From positions 1,209 through 65,208 of the IMG/VR virus record IMGVR_UViG_3300025732_000002: 64,000 bases of DNA; one strand, 5' to 3'. The position numbers and the translations under genes were made by a program. The notes beneath the pieces were generated by a model. It made no database searches. It was not told the DNA's origin and saw only the letters and a list, made by a program, of their open reading frames with translations. Origin of the DNA: a virus (Duplodnaviria > Caudoviricetes). Below, one piece after another: positions 48,328 through 57,723 of the stretch; the first letter of the stretch is position 1; each line of letters opens with the position of its first letter.

Positions 48328-49133
48328 TGTTTGACGCAACCAAGCCGCTGCCGATATCGGCCATTCGTATTGACGGGGGCACGCAGTCCCGCAGCATGAT
48401 CTTGCAGGACATGGTGGACAACTATGCTGCAGCCATGGCAGATGGCGCAGAGTTCCCGCCTGTCGTTGTATTCTTTGATGGCAAAGAGTACTGGCTGGCA
48501 GATGGATTTCACCGCTACCATGCCACGCGCAAGAACAAGCGCGCCAGCATAGTTGCCAACATAGCCAAGGGCACGGTGCGTGATGCGATTCTGTACTCGT
48601 TCGGGGCCAACGGCACGCACGGCATGCAGATGACCAACGAAGACAAGCGTCGTGTTGTGATGGAGATGCTGAACGACTTTGAGTGGAGTGAGTGGTCTGA
48701 TCGTGAGATTGCACGGGCGTGTCATGTGTCGCACACATTCGTTGCCAAGATGCGCAACGGTGTTGCACCCGATACTGTCAAGGTTCGCAATCAAAGCGGT
48801 GAAGTGTTTGAGCGTAAGCGTGAAGCACCAAAGGTCAAGCCCGCCCCTGTCGTCAAAGAGGAGCCGCAGGTCAACCCGTTTGAGACGGAGCAGGCTGAGA
48901 CAATCAAGTTCCTGATTGGCGAGAATGAGAAGCTGATCGACCAGCTGGCAGTCAAGGGATCAGAAGATCCGAAGGCAGCAGAGGAGTTGATTGCTGAGTT
49001 GCGCGCGCAGATCAAAGTGCTCGAGGTGGAGTTGGCCGCGGTGAAGGTAAGCCGGGACCAGTTCCAAGCGGAGAACAGTCAGCTAAAGCGCCAGGTTGCA
49101 TCGTATCAACGTCAGCTGAAGAAAGCAGCGTAA
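48327..49133 (+). CDS. ParB/Srx-domain protein with HTH and coiled coil
   Basis: FPPVVVF..YWLADGFHRYHA; WSDREIARACHVSHTFVAKMR. Confidence 0.85.
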   Translation: MFDATKPLPISAIRIDGGTQSRSMILQDMVDNYAAAMADGAEFPPVVVFFDGKEYWLADGFHRYHATRKNKRASIVANIAKGTVRDAILYSFGANGTHGMQMTNEDKRRVVMEMLNDFEWSEWSDREIARACHVSHTFVAKMRNGVAPDTVKVRNQSGEVFERKREAPKVKPAPVVKEEPQVNPFETEQAETIKFLIGENEKLIDQLAVKGSEDPKAAEELIAELRAQIKVLEVELAAVKVSRDQFQAENSQLKRQVASYQRQLKKAA

Positions 49134-49176
49134 CCCAAGCCGAAGCCGGGCGGCTAGTCCCGGCAGTGGAGTTCTT

Positions 49177-50664
49177 ATGTCACTGAATCTACGTCAGTAT
49201 CAATCTGACATCATTGCCAATTTGCGTAGTGGGTTTGCAGCAGGCAAGCGTCATCAGGTTCTGTATGCACCAACTGGTGCCGGCAAAACTGAGATGGCCA
49301 TTGCTCTGCTGGAGGCCACAAAGAACAAGGGCAACAAGGCGGCCATGCTGCTGGACCGCATCGTTCTGTGTGACCAGACCAGCCAGCGCCTCGAGAAGTA
49401 CAGCATCGACCACGGCGTCCTGCAGTCAGGGCACTGGCGTTATCGCCCGTACGAGAACATTCAAATCTGCTCGGCCCAGACTATCGAGAAGCGTGGCGCA
49501 TTCCCTGACTTGTCGTTGCTGATCATCGATGAGTGTCACCAGACGCGCGAGCAGACGATTGATTTCATCAAGAACAACCCGGATATCAAAGTCATTGGCC
49601 TGACTGCAACGCCATTCACCAAGGGGCTGGGCAAGGTGTACGACAACGTCGTCTCCTCTATCACCACCAAGCAGCTGGTGGATCAGGGCGTGCTCGTGCC
49701 CTTGCGTGTGTTCATTGCCAAAGAGATCGACATGTCGGGCGCCAAGAAGGTGGCCGGCGAGTGGTCGCAGGCAGAAGCATCCAAGCGTGGCATGAAGATC
49801 ACCGGTGACGTGGTTACTGAGTGGGTGAAGATGACGCACGAAGTGTTCGGCCGCCCGCGCAAGACCATTGTGTTCTGCTCCGGTGTCGAGCACGGCATGG
49901 ACCTGTCGCGCAAGTTCGCAGAGGCTGGCTACAACTTCATCAGCATCAGCTATCGAGATGATGATGAGTTCAAGAAGGAAGTTATCGAGGACTTTGCCAA
50001 GCCGGACACAGAGATTCATGGTCTGATCGCCACAGACATTCTGACCAAAGGGTTTGACGTGCCTGACGTGATGATCGGCGTGTCTGCCAGGCCGTTCAGC
50101 AAATCCCTCTCCTCCCACATTCAGCAGATGGGTCGAGTGATGCGCGCCAACATGGCTGATCCAGAGTCCAAGCCGTTTGCTCTGTGGCTGGACCACTCGG
50201 GCAACTACCTGCGCTTCCGCGAGGATTGGGAAGACGTGTACGAGAACGGCGTGCACGAGCTGGATGATGGCAAAGAGAAGCCCAAGAAAGAACCAACCGA
50301 GAAGGAAAAGAAAGAAGCCAAGTGCCCGCGGTGCGAGGCGTACATGCCCAAGTTTGCAGACACCTGTTCTCACTGCGGTTACGTGCGCGAGAAGAAAAAC
50401 CTGGTGGATAGCGTGCCGGGTGAGATGACAGAGCTGCAGGCCATGAGCCGTGAGAACAAGCAGGCATGGTGGTCGATGTGCCAGTGGAAGGTGCAGCACG
50501 AGGGCTGGTCGCCCGGGCGCGCGGCCCACACATACAAAGACAAGTTCGGCGTATGGCCAAAGGGTTTGGTCGATGTGCCCGCTCCTCCCAACATTGCATT
50601 TGAGAAGGCGGTCAGGGCGTCAGTCATCCGCTACATCAAGGGCCTCAAGAAGAAAGTATCGTGA
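49177..50664 (+). CDS. Superfamily II DNA helicase
   Basis: APTGAGKT, IIDECH, GLTATP, QQMGRVMR, Zn ribbon CPRC..CSHC. Confidence 0.93.
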   Translation: MSLNLRQYQSDIIANLRSGFAAGKRHQVLYAPTGAGKTEMAIALLEATKNKGNKAAMLLDRIVLCDQTSQRLEKYSIDHGVLQSGHWRYRPYENIQICSAQTIEKRGAFPDLSLLIIDECHQTREQTIDFIKNNPDIKVIGLTATPFTKGLGKVYDNVVSSITTKQLVDQGVLVPLRVFIAKEIDMSGAKKVAGEWSQAEASKRGMKITGDVVTEWVKMTHEVFGRPRKTIVFCSGVEHGMDLSRKFAEAGYNFISISYRDDDEFKKEVIEDFAKPDTEIHGLIATDILTKGFDVPDVMIGVSARPFSKSLSSHIQQMGRVMRANMADPESKPFALWLDHSGNYLRFREDWEDVYENGVHELDDGKEKPKKEPTEKEKKEAKCPRCEAYMPKFADTCSHCGYVREKKNLVDSVPGEMTELQAMSRENKQAWWSMCQWKVQHEGWSPGRAAHTYKDKFGVWPKGLVDVPAPPNIAFEKAVRASVIRYIKGLKKKVS

Positions 50665-51506
50665 TGGACTTCCTAAGTTTTTGCCGGGCACATGGAATCA
50701 TGATTAGCTATCCCCCGCCCATCGGCGTGTGGAAACGATTCCCCACAGATGACCACCCAAAGAAGCGCAACGGTGCGGTCAAGTTCATGGGTGACCATGC
50801 GTTTGTGCAGAACCATGCGACAGACACAGAGGTTTCAATCTGGAAGGATGAGGGCGCAACGGAGGGGGCCAAGCGTGACTATCAGGCGCTGGCTACCAAG
50901 GCAGAGCAGGATCGCCTCCGCATGCAGCGCGAAGCAGCGGGCAAAGCCGCCTACATACTCAAGCAATGTGGGATAGGCAAGCACGACTACCTCAAGCGCA
51001 AGGGGTTCGGCGAGGAGGAGGGCAACGTCTGGGTGTACGAGGGCAAGCAGTTCCTCGTGATACCCATGCGGGTGGACGGCAGTCTGGTCGGGTGTCAGAT
51101 CATTGATGCGGACGGGACAAAGAAGTTTCTATTCGGCCAGCGTACATCGGGCGCAGAGTTCTGCTTTGACAACAAGGGCCCCCACATTCTGTGCGAGGGG
51201 TATGCCACGGCCTTGTCGATCCGTGCTGCACTCAAGTCAATGAAGCGGCGGTATACCCTGCATGTTTGTTTCTCGGCCGGCAACATGAAGAAGATCGCCT
51301 CCACAATTCAGGAGCCGGGCCTGATCGTGGCGGACAATGACGCCTCCGCTACCGGGGAACGCACGGCCAAGGAGATTGGCTGGCCGTATTGGTTGAGTGA
51401 TGTGGTGGGGGAGGATGCCAACGACACGCACCAGCGGGTTGGCCTGTTCAAGTTCTCGCAGAGTCTGGTCAAGTCATTGAACCAGCTCGCATCGCGCAAT
51501 GGGTAG
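50661..51506 (+). CDS. TOPRIM primase (TraC-like)
   Basis: H.YL.RKG; LCEGYATALS; FSAGNM; ADND; DAND. Confidence 0.88.
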   Translation: MMDFLSFCRAHGIMISYPPPIGVWKRFPTDDHPKKRNGAVKFMGDHAFVQNHATDTEVSIWKDEGATEGAKRDYQALATKAEQDRLRMQREAAGKAAYILKQCGIGKHDYLKRKGFGEEEGNVWVYEGKQFLVIPMRVDGSLVGCQIIDADGTKKFLFGQRTSGAEFCFDNKGPHILCEGYATALSIRAALKSMKRRYTLHVCFSAGNMKKIASTIQEPGLIVADNDASATGERTAKEIGWPYWLSDVVGEDANDTHQRVGLFKFSQSLVKSLNQLASRNG

Positions 51507-51662
51507 CACGAACATCATTTCGCCTCCACTACTGGAGTCCTTGCGGATGAGGGCCTCGAGCACCTCGAGCCCGATGTTCATGACCTTTTCGCCATGCCCA
51601 TAGCTATCCGCGCGGACAGAAACGTTGCCGTTTTCGTCCTCGTACAGATAGATTGCGAACAT
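51474..51662 (-). CDS. Hypothetical protein
   Basis: Short ORF; start uncertain. Confidence 0.45.
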   Translation of the reverse strand: MFAIYLYEDENGNVSVRADSYGHGEKVMNIGLEVLEALIRKDSSSGGEMMFVLPIARCELVQ

Positions 51663-51864
51663 GGAGCGCCTGAACATAGGCGCATTTTGATACTTTTTTG
51701 TGCAAAGGTGAATACTTTTGTTGCCGTGTGGCAACGGCGCCTCCGCTATTAGAAGGGCGCCTCCTCTACATCATCGGGGTAAGTGATGGGTTTTGGCGGG
51801 GGTTGTTCTACCTGCTCGCCATTGCAGATTGGGAAGGGCCAGGGCCATTGCCCCGGTTCTTCGG

Positions 51865-52041
51865 TCATACCGCCTCCGCTATCGGGTTTGCCTCCACTAC
51901 TCGCGTGGCAGTGGTGCCAATGTCCGCGGGCAAATGGTGGTAGATATCTTGCGCGGCAAGTGACGCCTCCGCTATCGAATCCGCGGCGAGTGTGATTGTC
52001 TTGCGCGTGGTGGCTTCAATGGTGACGGTGAATAGTTGCAT
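51865..52041 (-). CDS. Small hypothetical protein
   Basis: GGAG RBS. Confidence 0.5.
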   Translation of the reverse strand: MQLFTVTIEATTRKTITLAADSIAEASLAAQDIYHHLPADIGTTATRVVEANPIAEAV

Positions 52042-52280
52042 TGCTGGCTCCATCAGTTGGGGATTGAATTACAACCCGGCGTGTGGCCGGGCGTCTGTCA
52101 CTTGTGCGACACTTCGCGGGCCTCTTGTCGGCCCCGTTCGATTAGTCGGCGGGCCTCGGTTCGGTCGTCGATGTGCTCTGCCTCGATCATTGCGCGGAGG
52201 GTCTGGGCCTGGATTTGTCCTCGCTCGAATTTAAACCCGGCTTCAATGTAGGCGTGCTCTGAGTGCTTCATGTTCTCCCC

Positions 52281-52496
52281 TTACGCGTTGCAGCAGCCGC
52301 AGCAGGGGGCATCCTCGCACAATCCTGCTTTGTTGCGGTAGTATTCGCGCCCACCGGCGCGCCAGTAGTTGGAGCGATAGCGGCGCTGTGCTTGAATCAT
52401 GTAACGGCCAACGCTGGCGGCGGTTTCCGGGTCTAGTTCCGGGTCGATATCGCGGGCGAGTTCTTCGGCGTGGTCAATGGTGCGGGTGGTGTTCAT
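52281..52496 (-). CDS. Small protein ending CEDAPCCGCC
   Basis: Cys-cluster C-terminus. Confidence 0.65.
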   Translation of the reverse strand: MNTTRTIDHAEELARDIDPELDPETAASVGRYMIQAQRRYRSNYWRAGGREYYRNKAGLCEDAPCCGCCNA

Positions 52497-52497
52497 G

Positions 52498-52758
52498 TCA
52501 TGCCCCGATTGCTTTGTAAACTGCGGCGCGGGCCCGATCCAGTACGGGCAAGCTGGCATCTCGTTGATCGTCCAACAAATCCACCAGGGCGCGGAGTAGG
52601 TCGGGCGCGGCGGCGATTAGTTGGGCGTCTGAGGGGTTGCGAGTGTCGCTGTAAACCACCTCGCCCACTGCATGCCCTTGCGGGCCGTTGATTAGGTAAA
52701 CCCGGGGGCTGGCGCCATGTTGGATTGTCCAAGGGCCGGGGGTGTGTTCGGTTTTCAT
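52498..52758 (-). CDS. Hypothetical protein (HTPGPW...LIAAAPDLL family)
   Basis: Motif typical of phage early genes. Confidence 0.7.
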   Translation of the reverse strand: MKTEHTPGPWTIQHGASPRVYLINGPQGHAVGEVVYSDTRNPSDAQLIAAAPDLLRALVDLLDDQRDASLPVLDRARAAVYKAIGA

Positions 52759-52769
52759 GGTGTGACCTT

Positions 52770-53516
52770 TCAAGCTGTAAGGATGGGGACAACCCGGCGG
52801 CGCTGGTGTCCGGGGGCGTGGTCGAGAATTACGATATCGCGGGCGGCTTTGCTAGTTCCACCGCAAAGCATACAGTCGGCGCATTGGGTGCGTTTCCCGG
52901 CTTCGGCGGATGCGGGGCAGGTTATTTCACCGGCTTGGTGGTCGGCTTGGTGCGTTACCCGGAAAACCCGGAGCCCGAACAGATTTGCCAGCGCGGCATC
53001 GTCCGGGGTGTCGGCTGATGCCATTACTAGGCGTTTCCAGCGGTCAGAATCAAACCCGCGGCGCTTCCATTGGTGGCTGTAACCCGTGTGGCCCGCGGTG
53101 TACTGGGTGAGCGTTTCCCACAAGCCAACGGGCCCAGCGTAGGGGTCGCCATATGTCCCGAGCCTGAGTTTTAACCCGGCAATAATCGCGGCGGCCTCGT
53201 CCGGTGTGACGCGCGTGTAATTGCCCCGGCGGTAGGCGTTGAATACTTGTAGGGGCCCGCGCCCTATGTTGACGTAGCAGGGCGGTTTCCCGGTTTTGCG
53301 GGCCAGCTTGGGGCGGTGTTCGCATTGTCCGCATATGCTGGCATCGTTGCCGACCTTGGCGGCGGTCACGGGGTCAACATCGGCGCGGAGAATGTATGAC
53401 TGGACTAGGTGTCCGGTTTTGCTGTTCTTGCTTTTGGCCTTGATGCCAACTAGCACAATGACGATTGGCGCTCCATCGATGCGGCTGGGGCCTTCGTAGA
53501 CTATCAATCCCTTCAT
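52770..53516 (-). CDS. Cys-rich conserved phage protein (possibly Fe-S binding)
   Basis: N.KTG; CGQC..CYV; RLG.YGDP; GYSHQW; CPAS..CADCMLC. Confidence 0.7.
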   Translation of the reverse strand: MKGLIVYEGPSRIDGAPIVIVLVGIKAKSKNSKTGHLVQSYILRADVDPVTAAKVGNDASICGQCEHRPKLARKTGKPPCYVNIGRGPLQVFNAYRRGNYTRVTPDEAAAIIAGLKLRLGTYGDPYAGPVGLWETLTQYTAGHTGYSHQWKRRGFDSDRWKRLVMASADTPDDAALANLFGLRVFRVTHQADHQAGEITCPASAEAGKRTQCADCMLCGGTSKAARDIVILDHAPGHQRRRVVPILTA

Positions 53517-53710
53517 GATGCAATCCCTTCGGGTAGGTTGGACTCGTGGCGCTCGGCGATGGTGTAACCCAAGGCGCGGATTTGGCGGAGCGTGTCGAGC
53601 GTGAGGGTTTTCGTGCCGGCGATGCGGGCAAATTGGCGGGCCTGTTCACAAGCTGGGTAGATAACCGGGTTGCCGTAAACCCGGCGGACGGTGACGGTGA
53701 TTGTGTTCAT
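53513..53710 (-). CDS. Hypothetical protein
   Basis: VYG...YPAC..A..FA.IAGTKTLT. Confidence 0.65.
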   Translation of the reverse strand: MNTITVTVRRVYGNPVIYPACEQARQFARIAGTKTLTLDTLRQIRALGYTIAERHESNLPEGIAS

Positions 53711-54018
53711 GCTGTGACCTTTCGGGCGGTAATGCGGACGGTGAATGTCGGTTCTGTGGCTTGCGTGGTGTAGGCGCGCACCAGTTGGGCGGAGGGTTGC
53801 AGTCGGGCGGCGATTGCTTGCCAATCGGTTTTCACCGGGTAAGCCTCGGAAATGGTCGCGCGGTGCTTGGTTCCGTCAACGGCTCGAACCTCGGCGGCGA
53901 TAAGCGCGGCCTTGTAGGTGTCGGCGCGGGCTTGAAGTTCGGCGATTTCGGCCTTGATGGTGGCGAGGGTGTCCACAATGTCGGCGAGTTCTTCGGGGGT
54001 GAATAGTTCGGTTTTCAT
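53707..54018 (-). CDS. Hypothetical protein
   Basis: VD.L..IKAEIAEL; coupled. Confidence 0.65.
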   Translation of the reverse strand: MKTELFTPEELADIVDTLATIKAEIAELQARADTYKAALIAAEVRAVDGTKHRATISEAYPVKTDWQAIAARLQPSAQLVRAYTTQATEPTFTVRITARKVTA

Positions 54019-54094
54019 GGTTTCATGCTCCAAAAGTAAAGGGCAAAGGGAAGGGCAAAAAGTGCGGCGCAAATTAGAACGGCGAGGGCGTCTC

Positions 54095-54307
54095 TCATAG
54101 GGTCACCCGTTCGGCGAGTGCTTCGGATATCTCGCCGGACCGGGCGAGATGGTCAACAAAATCAACGAAGGCGCACCGGGTGTCAGTGCAATAGTCGCGG
54201 CGGGTGTTGTCCTCGCGGGTCCAGTCGCGGGTCGGGTAGCGGCGGCGGTCGGCGGTCGGGTGCGCTGCCCAGAATGCGGCGCGGATTTGCTTCTGTGTGG
54301 TCATCAT
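54095..54307 (-). CDS. Hypothetical protein
   Basis: AAGGA RBS; D.R.AFVDFVD.L.R.G.ISE.LA.R.TL. Confidence 0.65.
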   Translation of the reverse strand: MMTTQKQIRAAFWAAHPTADRRRYPTRDWTREDNTRRDYCTDTRCAFVDFVDHLARSGEISEALAERVTL

Positions 54308-54319
54308 GGCGGGTTGTCC

Positions 54320-54496
54320 TTAGTCAAGGTCGAGGGGTTGCTGGCCGGTGTACTGGTGGCGGGTGTCGGGGAAGTCGTCCGGGTCGATGTAGTCCGGATC
54401 GCGGGGGTTGGTGGTGCGGTTCATGCGGGCGCGGTGGCGGCGGTTCGCGGCTTCGGCGTTGCGCAAGTCCTCTAGGGTGGAGTCGTTGTCGGTCAT
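54320..54496 (-). CDS. Hypothetical protein
   Basis: GGAGG RBS; PRDPDY. Confidence 0.5.
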   Translation of the reverse strand: MTDNDSTLEDLRNAEAANRRHRARMNRTTNPRDPDYIDPDDFPDTRHQYTGQQPLDLD

Positions 54497-54500
54497 GGTG

Positions 54501-54644
54501 TCAAGCCTCCCAAATTGCATACCCGCGCGGCATCCGGGTCATGCCGTGTTGGTGTTTGAATCGTTGCAGGGCGTCCGTCTTGGTTGTGCCGTAGGCGGTC
54601 ATGGCGTAAACCCATCCGGGCAAGTGAATCGCGAATTGCTTCAT
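54501..54644 (-). CDS. Hypothetical protein
   Basis: GGAG RBS. Confidence 0.5.
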   Translation of the reverse strand: MKQFAIHLPGWVYAMTAYGTTKTDALQRFKHQHGMTRMPRGYAIWEA

Positions 54645-54648
54645 GGTG

Positions 54649-54819
54649 TCATTCTCCGAAGATGAAAGCGGCGCCCATGACGCCGAAGGCGAGCAGGGAA
54701 ACCAGCGCAAGGGTTAGGGAAATACTGCCGGCGAGCAGGGCGATGGAAACAGTCAGGGCGCCAGCGGCACCGATGAGGGCGGCGGCGATGCGCAGGGCGG
54801 TGATTACGGGGTCGTTCAT
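54649..54819 (-). CDS. Small two-TM membrane protein
   Basis: AAGGA RBS; almost entirely hydrophobic. Confidence 0.55.
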   Translation of the reverse strand: MNDPVITALRIAAALIGAAGALTVSIALLAGSISLTLALVSLLAFGVMGAAFIFGE

Positions 54820-55070
54820 ATTGCTAGTCCTTTCAAGGGTTGTATGCATTGGGGTAATGCATAGGCGCGATGCTGTCATCATTCCCGGGAGTGCTCAAGC
54901 GTTCGGTGTCGCGTATGTGACTGGCCTGGACGATTTGTGTATTTTTGTTTCCAGAAAATGCCGGGGTTGTGTGTACTTTCGGGGTTGTCAAGGGCTAGGT
55001 GTCGCCCAGGTGACAGTTCCCCATTTGTTCCGGTATGATGGGCCCCGTGTTCAAAGCGAAGCGAGCCAGC

Positions 55071-55817
55071 ATGAATCGTCCATCTAGGAAAGCAATACGA
55101 GAGGCACTAGACCAAGTACCAATAGACCATGTGCTAGGGGTAGCAGGGGAGTTGACCCATAAGCAAAAGACATTCGCCCGTCTCGTGGCATCCGGTAACA
55201 CGGGAGCCGATGCCTACCGCAAAGCCTACAAAGCCACCGGGAAGCCTAAGACCGTGGGAGACAATGCCAGCAAGCTTAAGCGCGATACCCGAATAAAAGC
55301 GGAGATCGAAGCCTTCAAGCTGGCAAACGAGGCGGCTGCATATCATGCGCCCCAACAACTGAGGGCCCTAGTAATCCATTCTCTCGTGCAAGTCGTGACC
55401 GATCCGGACGCAAAACAAGCGACAAAGGTGCAAGCGGCAAAGGTTCTGGGCACAGTCGCGGGCGTGGACGCATTCGTTCACCGGTCAGAACACCGGGTTA
55501 TCAAGACCAGCGAAGATGCTCGAGCCCAGTTGCTCGCGAAGTTGCGGCAGGTCATGAATGCGGATGCCGTGGACGTGTTGTCGCGTGACGCTGAGTCGTT
55601 GCTGGCTGAGATCGTGCCGAGCGAGCCCGACCCCGTGAGCGAACCCGCGGTCGACCCGGGAGCGACCCCCACCCCCCAAAATGCCGATTGGAGTCCCACT
55701 CTGCCATTACATACTATTCCGCACACCCAATCCCTTCAAAATTCCATTGACCCCCCTCCCCCCATCGAAAATCCTGCCGACGATCTGGAGTTAGAACTTA
55801 GAAACACCCCCCGTTAA
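55071..55817 (+). CDS. terS: Terminase small subunit (putative)
   Basis: LT.KQ..FA..V.SG....DAYR.AY...ASKL; upstream of terL. Confidence 0.75.
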   Translation: MNRPSRKAIREALDQVPIDHVLGVAGELTHKQKTFARLVASGNTGADAYRKAYKATGKPKTVGDNASKLKRDTRIKAEIEAFKLANEAAAYHAPQQLRALVIHSLVQVVTDPDAKQATKVQAAKVLGTVAGVDAFVHRSEHRVIKTSEDARAQLLAKLRQVMNADAVDVLSRDAESLLAEIVPSEPDPVSEPAVDPGATPTPQNADWSPTLPLHTIPHTQSLQNSIDPPPPIENPADDLELELRNTPR

Positions 55818-55872
55818 TGAATACTTTGAGATTACCCCCGGGGTATATTTTTAAAACTTTTAGGAGTGATGA

Positions 55873-56175
55873 ATGGCAACGTTGCCATTGGTTGTTAATC
55901 GGGAGATGGCTCGTCGGCCGAGGGTTAGGCGTGAGGATTGTTTGGAGGTTGGCATGAGTCCGGTGCAGAGGGAGGTATTTTTGATTGTGGATGAGTGGTG
56001 GAAGAGGTTTGGTCACAGTCCGACGCTCCGGCAGATAGCGGAGATGAGGGGGAAGAGTGGGGTTGGGAACACGAAGGAGATAGTGGACCGGCTGGTGAAG
56101 TTGGGGGTATTGAAGAGGTTGGAGAGGCGGCGCAGCATTCGGCCGGTGTATATAAATTTTCGGACGATAGAGTGA
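55873..56175 (+). CDS. LexA-type winged-HTH DNA-binding protein without protease domain
   Basis: SP.Q.EV...G.SPT.R.IA...G...V..L...G.L.R....RSI; alternative start 55954. Confidence 0.75.
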   Translation: MATLPLVVNREMARRPRVRREDCLEVGMSPVQREVFLIVDEWWKRFGHSPTLRQIAEMRGKSGVGNTKEIVDRLVKLGVLKRLERRRSIRPVYINFRTIE

Positions 56176-56179
56176 AAAG

Positions 56180-57715
56180 ATGACGGAAAAGTTGCTTGAT
56201 GTTTTGCCGGTGGACATATCGCCTGAGAGGATGAAGGCGTTTGTGGAGTCGTTGCCGCAGGAGCAATTTGGGATGTTGGCGGAGGAGATAGAGGATTGGC
56301 AGAATGCGGTGGTGAGGGAGAAGGCGCAGGGGAGTTTTATGGAGTATGTGAAGCAGATGTGGCCTGGGTTTGTGCATGGGCGGCATCATGCTTTGATGGC
56401 GAAGAAGTTTGAGGCTATAGCGCGGGGGGAGACAAAGCGAGTGATTATTAACATGCCGCCGCGGCATACGAAGTCTGAGTTTGCGTCGTACTTGTTTCCA
56501 AGCTGGTATTTGGGGAAATTTCCGCACAAGAAGATCATTCAGTGTTCGAACACTGGGGAGTTGGCGGTTGGGTTTGGTCGGAAGGTGAGGAACTTAGTGG
56601 GGAGTGAGGCGTACTCGAGGGTATTTCCTGATGTGACGTTGCGGCAGGACAGTAAGGCGGCTGGCCGTTGGAGTACTAATAAGAACGGGGAGTATTTTGC
56701 TATTGGTGTTGGGGGAACTGTGACGGGTAAGGGCGGGGATATTGTGATCATTGACGATCCGCACTCGGAGCAGGAGGCTGCTTTGGCGGCTGGGAACCCG
56801 GAGGTGTATCAGAAGGTGTATGAGTGGTACACGTCTGGGCCGCGGCAGCGTTTACAGCCTGGCGGGTCGATTGTTTTGGTGATGACGAGGTGGGCTGATG
56901 GGGATTTGACGGGTCGAGTGCTGTCTGATTCGCTGAAAAGGAGCACTGGAGAGGACTGGGATGTGATCGAATTGCCTGCGATTTTGCCGTCTGGCAAGCC
57001 TTTGTGGCCGGAATTCTGGTCGCTGAAGGAATTGGAGGCGCTGAAAGAGGAATTGCCGCCGAGTAAGTGGAATGCGCAGTACCAGCAGAGGCCCACGGGT
57101 GAGGAAGGGGCGCTGGTAAAGCGGGATTGGTGGAAGATTTGGGAGGGTGAGAGGGCGCCGCCGTGCGAATTCATCATCCAGAGTTGGGATACGGCGTTCA
57201 CGAAGAACGAGAGGAGCGACTATTCGGCGTGTACGACATGGGGGGTGTTCCATAGGAACGAGGATGAGCGGGATATCAACCTCATATTATTAGATGCGTT
57301 CCAAGAGAGGATGGAATTTCCTGAGTTGAAGGAAAAAGCGCTGGAGTTGTACAGGGAATGGGAGCCTGATACGTGCATTATTGAGGCGAAGGCGGCTGGT
57401 GCGCCGTTGATTTTTGAGTTGAGGCGCATGGGGATAGCGATTCATGACTACACGCCGACGCGGGGGAACGATAAATTTGTTCGTTTGAATTCGGTGACTG
57501 ATTTGTTCAAGTCGGGTAAAGTATGGGCGCCTGATACCAGTTGGGCGAGAGAGGTAATTGAACAGATGGCTGCGTTCCCAAATGCATCGCACGATGACTT
57601 GGTGGACTCGACGACCCAGGCCCTGATCAGGTTCAGGCAGGGGGGATTTTTGCGGCTGGATTCTGACGAGGACGATGATCCTGTCACGTTTAGGCGCAAG
57701 GCTGCTTACTATTAA
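56180..57715 (+). CDS. terL: Terminase large subunit
   Basis: INMPPRHTKS; IIDDP; QSWDTA; HDDLVDS. Confidence 0.95.
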   Translation: MTEKLLDVLPVDISPERMKAFVESLPQEQFGMLAEEIEDWQNAVVREKAQGSFMEYVKQMWPGFVHGRHHALMAKKFEAIARGETKRVIINMPPRHTKSEFASYLFPSWYLGKFPHKKIIQCSNTGELAVGFGRKVRNLVGSEAYSRVFPDVTLRQDSKAAGRWSTNKNGEYFAIGVGGTVTGKGGDIVIIDDPHSEQEAALAAGNPEVYQKVYEWYTSGPRQRLQPGGSIVLVMTRWADGDLTGRVLSDSLKRSTGEDWDVIELPAILPSGKPLWPEFWSLKELEALKEELPPSKWNAQYQQRPTGEEGALVKRDWWKIWEGERAPPCEFIIQSWDTAFTKNERSDYSACTTWGVFHRNEDERDINLILLDAFQERMEFPELKEKALELYREWEPDTCIIEAKAAGAPLIFELRRMGIAIHDYTPTRGNDKFVRLNSVTDLFKSGKVWAPDTSWAREVIEQMAAFPNASHDDLVDSTTQALIRFRQGGFLRLDSDEDDDPVTFRRKAAYY

Positions 57716-57723
57716 GGATTCAT

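Larger units (their letters stand above)
5968..55887. repeat. Dispersed perfect palindrome TGGCAACGTTGCCA, 10 copies
   Basis: Starts at 5968, 6412, 23093, 26342, 29520, 39548, 40071, 44411, 47818, 55874. Confidence 0.9.

Noticed and set aside
48438-49550. Self-targeting of the phage's own ParB (DGFHR) or helicase (IDECH) by units U4 and U7
   Set aside because: Only 5/11 and 3/8 dinucleotides match by hand; no exhaustive self-search was possible
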